The notes beneath the pieces were generated by a model that was not told the origin of the DNA, did not search any database, and saw nothing but the letters and a program-made list of their open reading frames with translations. Position numbers and translations under genes: made by a program. Source: Octopus vulgaris (lineage: Eukaryota). From it: DNA of 64,000 bases. The stretch covers positions 21,514,001 through 21,578,000 of the forward strand of contig OX597831.1 in the NCBI GenBank assembly GCA_951406725.2, in the 5' to 3' direction. Of this stretch, positions 55,797 to 64,000 are shown in pieces (the first letter of the stretch is position 1; every line of letters begins with the position of its first letter).

Positions 55797-56662
55797 TTTG
55801 GAAGCTTGACTGATGAATAGAAAACCACGAATGTTCCCACCTGGTTTTCCTGTCAGTCTTTGTATCTGTCCGTCTGTTATTATTGTCGTCCGTTTGGTCC
55901 TTGTTCTGTTTTTTTAAAATTCTATGTACATATAGGGGCGTACCTATACCTTTTGCTCAGCTTGTAAGTATATATCTAATTTCTGTACGACTTTCTTCTT
56001 TTTTTTCCGCTTTTCTTTTTCTCGCTCCCCCTCTCTCACTTTCTTGGTATTCTCTTTCTTTCCATTTTTCTTTTTCTTGCTCACCTTCTCTCACATTTCT
56101 TGGCATTCTCTTTCTTTAATCTCTTTACTTTCCTCTGTCCCCCCTCTCACTTTCTCTCACTAGTTCCTTCCCTAATTCTTCAATCTCTCTGCTCCCTACC
56201 TCTCTCTGTTCCTTCCACGTGACTGATGCTTGGCCAAGCATAATTTTTCGCAATGCCATATTTTCCTGTCTCCTGATTTTCACATACGTTTCTTGCCGCA
56301 TGGCTTCCACTTCACACGCTAGCTTAACTTAACTTGCCCTTTTAGTCGAAAGACCCCTGTTCTTATGTTTGTTGTTCGTGTTTGTAATCATGTAACACTT
56401 TCTACGTTTTTTCGTATTTTTATCCGTGTTGTCGCACATATTCGCTCGCTTTTTCCCAGAAATTTAATGCCCTTAGCTTAGATATTTGGGGCCTACCAAT
56501 TTTGAAATGTCTCAAGTGTAACAGGCCGAAACTGTAATGATGATTGAAAGCTTGACTGATGAATAGTAAGCCAAGAATCTTCTGTCCTGGTTTCCTGTCC
56601 CTCTTTGTATCGTCCATCTGTCAGTATGATTTCATTGTCGTCCGTTACGTTATTCTTCAGTT
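55797..56662 (+). mobile_element. Non-coding element with about 100-bp terminal direct repeats, TA-flanked
   Basis: AAGCTTGACTGATGAATAG exact at 55802 and 56548, with similarity continuing about 90 bp; diverged homologue at 59255-59790 (-). Confidence 0.65.
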
Positions 56663-56671
56663 TATATATAT

Positions 56672-56793
<122 letters not shown>

Positions 56794-57625
56794 CATACAT
56801 GTATATATATATATGTGTGTGTATGCGTGTGCTCATGTCTACACACATATACATATCGTTCACTACTCCAAAAATTCGATCATATTCACATTCATTTAGA
56901 TTTCCAATCGCCCACATACACACACACGCCCGCACAGAAACAGTGTTATAAGTCACAAATAAATAAATAAATAAATAAATAAATAAGAAATAGATAGAAA
57001 CATCATTTTATTGCCATTCATAAAACATGGCGACAAAACAACATTGAAATAAGTAACAAGTTAATGTTATTGAACGCTCTTGCAGACGATAAGTCCGACA
57101 GACGGCGTAATAACAGAAGAAAGAAAAAAAAACTGATGGAAAGATTACAAAGAATTTTCAGTAAATCCAAGAATATACTTAGATATATTTTTTCCACTTA
57201 CAACTGAATGTTCCTAATTCTCATTATCTTGGTATCTATTTGTTTCCAACTCAGTGAAAAGTAATTGGGGTATATACACATATGAATATAGTGCATGCAT
57301 TTATGATTATACATACAAATATGTGTGTGTGAGTGAGTGAGTAATTGTGGAGGAGAGAGAGAGAGAGACAGACAGACAGAGACAGAGAATGTGTGTGTCT
57401 GTATAAGATACATCGGTGTACACACAGATATATGTATAGGATTATATTTCCTACGTGTTGATCAAACTGAATATACATATATGTGTGTCTCTCTCTGTAT
57501 GTAATAATATATCTGTGTTTGCATATATATATATTCTATCTATCTATCTATCTAATTATCTATCTGTTTCTTTCTCTTTCTTTTAAACGATAGATAGGTG
57601 AGTATTTATAAAAGTATGCGTGCAT

Positions 57626-57685
<60 letters not shown>

Positions 57686-57818
57686 ATGCGCTTGTGTGTA
57701 TAGATTATATATGTATATACATATATATATTTGAGAGAATGGCCATATAAATGGACGAATGGAAAGAATAATTATATAGAGAGTTTATGTGACCAGCATG
57801 CGACAAACCTGGCTATAG

Positions 57819-57881
<63 letters not shown>

Positions 57882-58319
57882 GTATGCATGAATGTATGTA
57901 TGCATGTATGTATGCATATGAACCTACAGAGCACGATATGCATGTTATAAATTTTTAGGCTTCACTAATAATTTTAAAGATTTTGGTATCAAAACTGAAA
58001 CATGTTAATAGATCTCATCATGCTCATTATATCGAGAGAACATTGGTGATTGGAATGGAATGTTTCACACTCCGTTCATCAGTCACCAGTGAACAGTTCT
58101 TCCCTTCGCGTCCATTTCCACGGAGTAGAACCTTGCGTAAATTGCTATTCAAATCAATCAGAAACCAAACTTAGCTCACGGAGAACAACACGCAAAGGAC
58201 CCAAGAGCGACGAATACACACATACAACTCACAAAACTACGTACACACGCACAAGTATACCATATACGTATATGTGTATACCATATAAACATAGTTACAT
58301 ATATATATACAAACACACG

Positions 58320-58382
<63 letters not shown>

Positions 58383-58482
58383 ATATACATATACATATAT
58401 ATAGACACACATAAATACATATGTATATTAATATAAATATGTGTGCGTGTGTAATTGTGTGTGTCCATGTGTGTATACATAC

Positions 58483-58530
<48 letters not shown>

Positions 58531-58845
58531 TGATTCATAAATGCATAGAAAGATAAATAAATGAAAAAGATTACTTGAGTGTAGTTGATGCAGATATCGT
58601 TCATTAATCATTTGATCCACCAGATAAGCGAAGCTCGGGGCTAGAACTCAAGGAGATTTAGCTGCCAGAAATGTGTACACAATTTGCATCGACTAATGAA
58701 TTACTTTTTCTTGTATCTAAACGAATATTTACGTATGAATACATAGTTATGTATGAATGTATATATGTACGAATGTATCTATCTATCTATCAATCAATCA
58801 ATCTATGTATGTATGTATTTATGTATCTAACACTATATATATCTA

Positions 58846-59100
<255 letters not shown>

Positions 59101-59173
59101 TACCTACCTACTTATAAAGCTATGAGTGCATATGCTCCCAGTTTATGACTGTGACTCTATCCCTCTGTCTATA

Positions 59174-59253
<80 letters not shown>

Positions 59254-59254
59254 A

Positions 59255-59787
59255 TAAAAATTAAATATAAATTACAAAAGGCGACAAAAACGCAAAACAC
59301 ACAAAGAGACGACGCAAAAAAACAGACGGGTCACTCGAAGCCCCCAATCTTCAGTGGGGAACCGGATCATCTTAGCAATTTCGGCCGTCAATCCTGATAT
59401 CACTCCGATACGGCCAGTCCCAAAGAAAAACTAAGCCACGAGCATCAGATCTCTTGGAAAAAGGACCGAACGTACACGAAACGAGGACAGAATGCCACAC
59501 GAATATAAATACAAGAAACCAAAATTCAAAAAGAAATCAAGAATAGTAATAACAGGACAAAACAGCGGGTGTCTTACGACTTCAGACAATTTTAACTTAT
59601 CTTGGCTGGCGTATTTTGAAAAAAAAGGCCTTTGCGGCAAACGAAGATAACAGTGTTAATATGGAAGCGGTCAAAGCCGAAACGGCCAGTTTGAGCGGCA
59701 GTCACGTGAGAGGACTCAAGAGAGAGAAAGAAAAGCAGGGGACAAGGAATCAAAGGGAGGGAGAAAGAAAGGGACAAATGCACCAAG

Positions 59788-59790
<3 letters not shown>
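59255..59790 (-). mobile_element. Diverged copy of the 55797-56662 family
   Basis: Collinear blocks CACGTGACTG, TTGCCGCA, AGTCG.AAGAC, GCTTAG, GGCCGAAA, ACTGA.GA. Confidence 0.6.
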
Positions 59791-59839
<49 letters not shown>

Positions 59840-59884
59840 ACTTCGTAGCTGACGGAGTACCACAACATATATGTTTATATATGC

Positions 59885-59929
<45 letters not shown>

Positions 59930-60450
59930 TTGATATATATGTATGTACCTTTATCTCTGTACATATGCATGGATGTGTGTGTACTTTGTATATCTGTGTA
60001 CGTCATAAAAACAACGTCCATTATTTTTCATGAGTCTATTGATAGATTTCAATTGACGCCTTTTCTCTATTTATTCCCTTACGCATCTGACGCTTCAGAC
60101 AATGTCTTCCTCGAAAAGATTTACACGAAAAAAAAATTATAATCAATACTACAATGTAAAACTCACTAAAAATACAACTAAAATAATACACGCATATATA
60201 CGTACATTCTTGCATTGATATATATATATATATATATATATAAGTTTAACAATTAAGGATAACCACTTAATAAGGGATCTTAACAAGAAATTATCGGGTA
60301 GTTAGCGTGAAAACCTCATAAAAGAAAAGAATTCGAAAATAATTTTTTTCTTTTGAACAAATTAATTATATCTATATTGTATAGAGGGCATTATTACACA
60401 TAAATGCCTCACACTAAGAGGGACAAAGTCATTACTATATATGTATATAT

Positions 60451-60484
<34 letters not shown>

Positions 60485-60508
60485 ATATATACACACATAC
60501 ACACAGAT

Positions 60509-60541
<33 letters not shown>

Positions 60542-60624
60542 CATTATATACATATATATACACGTTTATTTGTAAAGAAATAAAGAAATGCAGAAGCAAT
60601 TTATAGACATGAATTTGAACTTAC

Positions 60625-60803
60625 CTGATTTGTATCCAACCAAATTGTACGTATTTTATTGTATATTTGTTGTCTCGTTTTGTTTCGCTTTTTTTTTAAA
60701 TGTAAATATAATACGTGCGTTGATCTGCTCTGTCGCTTAGTGTACAGTTGTATTGGACATAGAGGTGTTTTAGCTGCTGTCACCACAGTTTAGTGTTAAT
60801 CTA
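60625..60803 (-). other. Candidate 179-nt non-coding exon
   Basis: Acceptor CTTCCTCGTTTTATTTTTCAG and donor CAG|GTAAGT around unique sequence; all three frames have early stops. Confidence 0.4.
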
Positions 60804-60839
60804 CTGAAAAATAAAACGAGGAAGTATATCAATATATAG

Positions 60840-60885
<46 letters not shown>

Positions 60886-61097
60886 GTATATATAAATATA
60901 TATATATTCTCAACTCAAATAGAGAATGGGAATACAATATCTAAAAAAAAGTTTACAAATTTTATGTATGAATTTATTATACACACCAATGGCAAAGTAC
61001 ACGGACACACATATGTATACATATATGATAACACATCTGATTCTCTGTCTGGCTGACTGTCTCTCTCTCTCTCTCTCACCCTTTCTCTCTCTCTCTC

Positions 61098-61163
<66 letters not shown>

Positions 61164-61411
61164 CAGACACACATACAAGACGTATCCCATACATATATAC
61201 ATGAAAAAATTGATACATACGTACTTACACCTTTATTGATATTTACGATATAATGATGTAATAACTCTCAGGCGAATAAGTAAAATCGATAGATATTTGT
61301 AAAATTTAACAATATTCACGTTCCGTGTCAATCCTTACTCGGTGTTTCTTTTCTAGCCCAGCATGTTGTTTAGTATTCTTTAATAGCTTTGAGGAAATGA
61401 ACAGAGACCAC

Positions 61412-61625
61412 TTAACCCTTTTGTTACCATATTTCTGTTGAAATGCTCTGTGTTTCTTTCAATTAATTTAAATATAACAAAGAATTTAGTAAAATAACTT
61501 GGTTATCATTCAGATAGTGTTAGGAACATAAATTGTGACTAAGCTTTGGTGGAAGATTTTAATTCAGAATTTATGAAAACAAGACATTTGTACTACAGTG
61601 CCAGAGGTGGTTTCAGCCGGGTTAT
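61412..61625. mobile_element. Possible piggyBac-type MITE remnant
   Basis: Starts TTAA-CCCTTT and ends GGGTTA; the right TIR is incomplete. Confidence 0.35.
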
Positions 61626-61710
61626 AATCATAAAGTTTCAATGGAATGCGATGTTAAGTGTATTTTTCCCTCCGAATTTGTTTTATAATAGATTTGTACA
61701 CACTCTATGT

Positions 61711-62095
61711 GGAGGCGCAATAGCCCAGTGGTTAGGGCAGCGGACTCGTTGTCATAGGATCGCGGTTTCGATTCCCAGACCGGGCGTTGTGAGTGTTTAT
61801 TGAGCGAAAACACCTAAAGCTCCACGAGACTCCGGCAGGGGATGGTGGTGATCCCTGCTGTTCTCTTTCACCACAACTTTCTCTCACTCTTACTTCCTGT
61901 TTCTGTTGTACCTGTATTTCAAAGGGCCGGCCTTGTCACTCTCTGTGTCACGCTGAATATCCCCGAGAACTACGTTAAGGGTACACGTGTCTGTGGAGTG
62001 CTCAGCCACTTACACGTTAATTTTACGAGCAGGCTGTTCCGTTGATTCGGATGAACCGGAACCCTCGTCGTCGTAACCGACGGAGTGCTTCCACC
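61711..62095 (+). mobile_element. SINE family C, full length with 13-bp TSD
   Basis: tRNA-like head with GGTTTCGATTCCC B box; ACACACTCTATGT at 61698-61710 and 62096-62108. Confidence 0.93.
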
Positions 62096-62458
62096 ACACA
62101 CTCTATGTTGAGGAAATTTTGGTTGATATCCCTTGAACGTCGTACTCTTGAATCGTACTCTTGAATTCTCTGGTCATATGATTGCATAAAAGCGTAGGCA
62201 CCATGTGAATATGCGGCTTGGAGCTTTATGAACCGGCAGCATTATGAGACTGACAAGTGTTTAGTTAAGTAAAAAAAACGCTGCGATTAATTTCGCCGTC
62301 TCTCTGTGAGTTTTCGTCATCACCGAACCACATATCAAAACAATAACTTGGAATATGCTTAAATGAATTCGAATGGAACCCATGGAATGTATCGGCAATC
62401 AATGAAGCAGGCAATCATAATTACAAAATCATCATCATCCTCATCATCATCATCGCCA

Positions 62459-62549
<91 letters not shown>

Positions 62550-62559
62550 GTCGTCGTCG

Positions 62560-62602
<43 letters not shown>

Positions 62603-62979
62603 TATTATTATTATTAGCATTATTATTAGTATTATTGTTATTGTTGTTGTTTTCGTTGTGGTTGCTGCTGCTATAATTATTAATATTAATATTACGAATA
62701 TCAGATAGTCAAATTCGATAATCTGATTAATTAATTAAGATACAACCCCAAACCAGAAAGATATTAATATAGCATATCATATTAATTAATGTAATAAGCT
62801 GAAAGCAATAAGATATTAATATACGATATAGCTTACTGCCAGAATATTTCTTATCGAACATCACCGTTCAATAGGAATCAATAATCAAAAATTAAATCCC
62901 TCTCAGAAACCAGAAGAAAGGCAAGGAAAAGCAGCTGAATGCCATGGACACAATTCATACGGAACATTGAATTACAAAA

Positions 62980-63008
62980 TTAATAATAACAACAACAACA
63001 ACAATAAC

Positions 63009-63048
<40 letters not shown>

Positions 63049-63065
63049 TTAATAATAATAATAAT

Positions 63066-63114
<49 letters not shown>

Positions 63115-63116
63115 GG

Positions 63117-63161
<45 letters not shown>

Positions 63162-63205
63162 GTAATAATAGTAATAATAGTAATAAAAATAATGATAATA
63201 ATAAT

Positions 63206-63253
<48 letters not shown>

Positions 63254-63288
63254 GTAATAATAATAATAACCACAACAACAACAACACC

Positions 63289-63320
<32 letters not shown>

Positions 63321-63425
63321 CAATAATAATAATAATAATTATAACAATAAAATAATAATGATGATGATGATGATGATGACAACAGTGATGGCAATAATGA
63401 TTATGATGATGACGATGATGATAAT
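62980..63425. repeat. (AAT)/(AAC)/(GAT) compound microsatellite
   Basis: Directly visible. Confidence 0.95.
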
Positions 63426-63567
63426 TTCTTTTATTTGCCATAGGGATGTTGATAAGGATGACTTTGCAAGGTCAGTTTACGATGTGTGTTTGGTTTGTAA
63501 CAAACGAAGATGAGGAGAAAGGAAAGAGGAAAATACGGTGAAATGTGATGTGATGAAATGTATAAAT

Positions 63568-63735
63568 AGGCGCAGGATTGACCGTATGGTAGCGACATCT
63601 GCTCGCTAACCGTAAGGTTCCGGGTTCACTCCCACTGCTTGTTACCTTAAACAAGTGTTTTCTGGTATAGCATCGAATTGAGCAGAGCCTTGTGAGTGGC
63701 GGATTTTGTAGACGGAAATTGAAAACGGTCCGCCT
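63568..63735 (+). mobile_element. Old SINE family B, 5' half
   Basis: AGGCGCAGGA..GGTTCCGGGTTCACTCCCACTG..GCCTTGTGAGTGG..GTAGACGGAAA. Confidence 0.75.
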
Positions 63736-63749
63736 TATACACGCTCGCA

Positions 63750-63810
<61 letters not shown>

Positions 63811-64000
63811 ACGCACTCAAACATATATTAAATTTGTTTACGAGAAACGTTTTGAATATGCAAATAAAGCCCCTATTCCATTATAGCGGCCGCAATTTAA
63901 TGATTCTGACGGGTGAACCAGATATAAATTCCATCCAATGATTATTGTTATTATATATACATACATATATATATATATATTGATAAAAAGGGTAAGACAA

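Noticed and set aside
61711-61785. tRNA gene
   Set aside because: The tRNA-like sequence is a SINE head, followed by SINE body and TSD. The same applies to the other copies.

Overview
Eukaryotic, AT-rich, almost entirely non-coding DNA. The repeat landscape (tRNA-derived SINE families, extreme (TA)n/(TATC)n/(CAT)n density) strongly suggests an octopus (coleoid cephalopod) genome, probably a very large intron or intergenic region. I see no intact protein-coding gene; nearly all ORFs in the supplied track are microsatellite artefacts. Supportable content: about 20 SINE copies from four families (several with TSDs); a full-length but decayed irritans-type mariner plus mariner MITEs and fragments; a 5'-inverted L1/Tx1-type LINE sitting in (TATC)n; an RTE 3' end; two Penelope-like (PLE) GIY-YIG remnants; a decayed C2H2 zinc-finger fragment; and one candidate non-coding exon. 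The most interesting layer is a set of short non-coding cassettes lodged in (TA)n tracts. They carry minimal type I hammerhead-ribozyme cores (one fully canonical at 37738-37820), and three share a tail-arm-spacer-arm foldback layout. This looks like a PLE-dependent, retrozyme-like family of microsatellite-associated elements. All calls were made by eye; no search or folding was run, and many boundaries are approximate.
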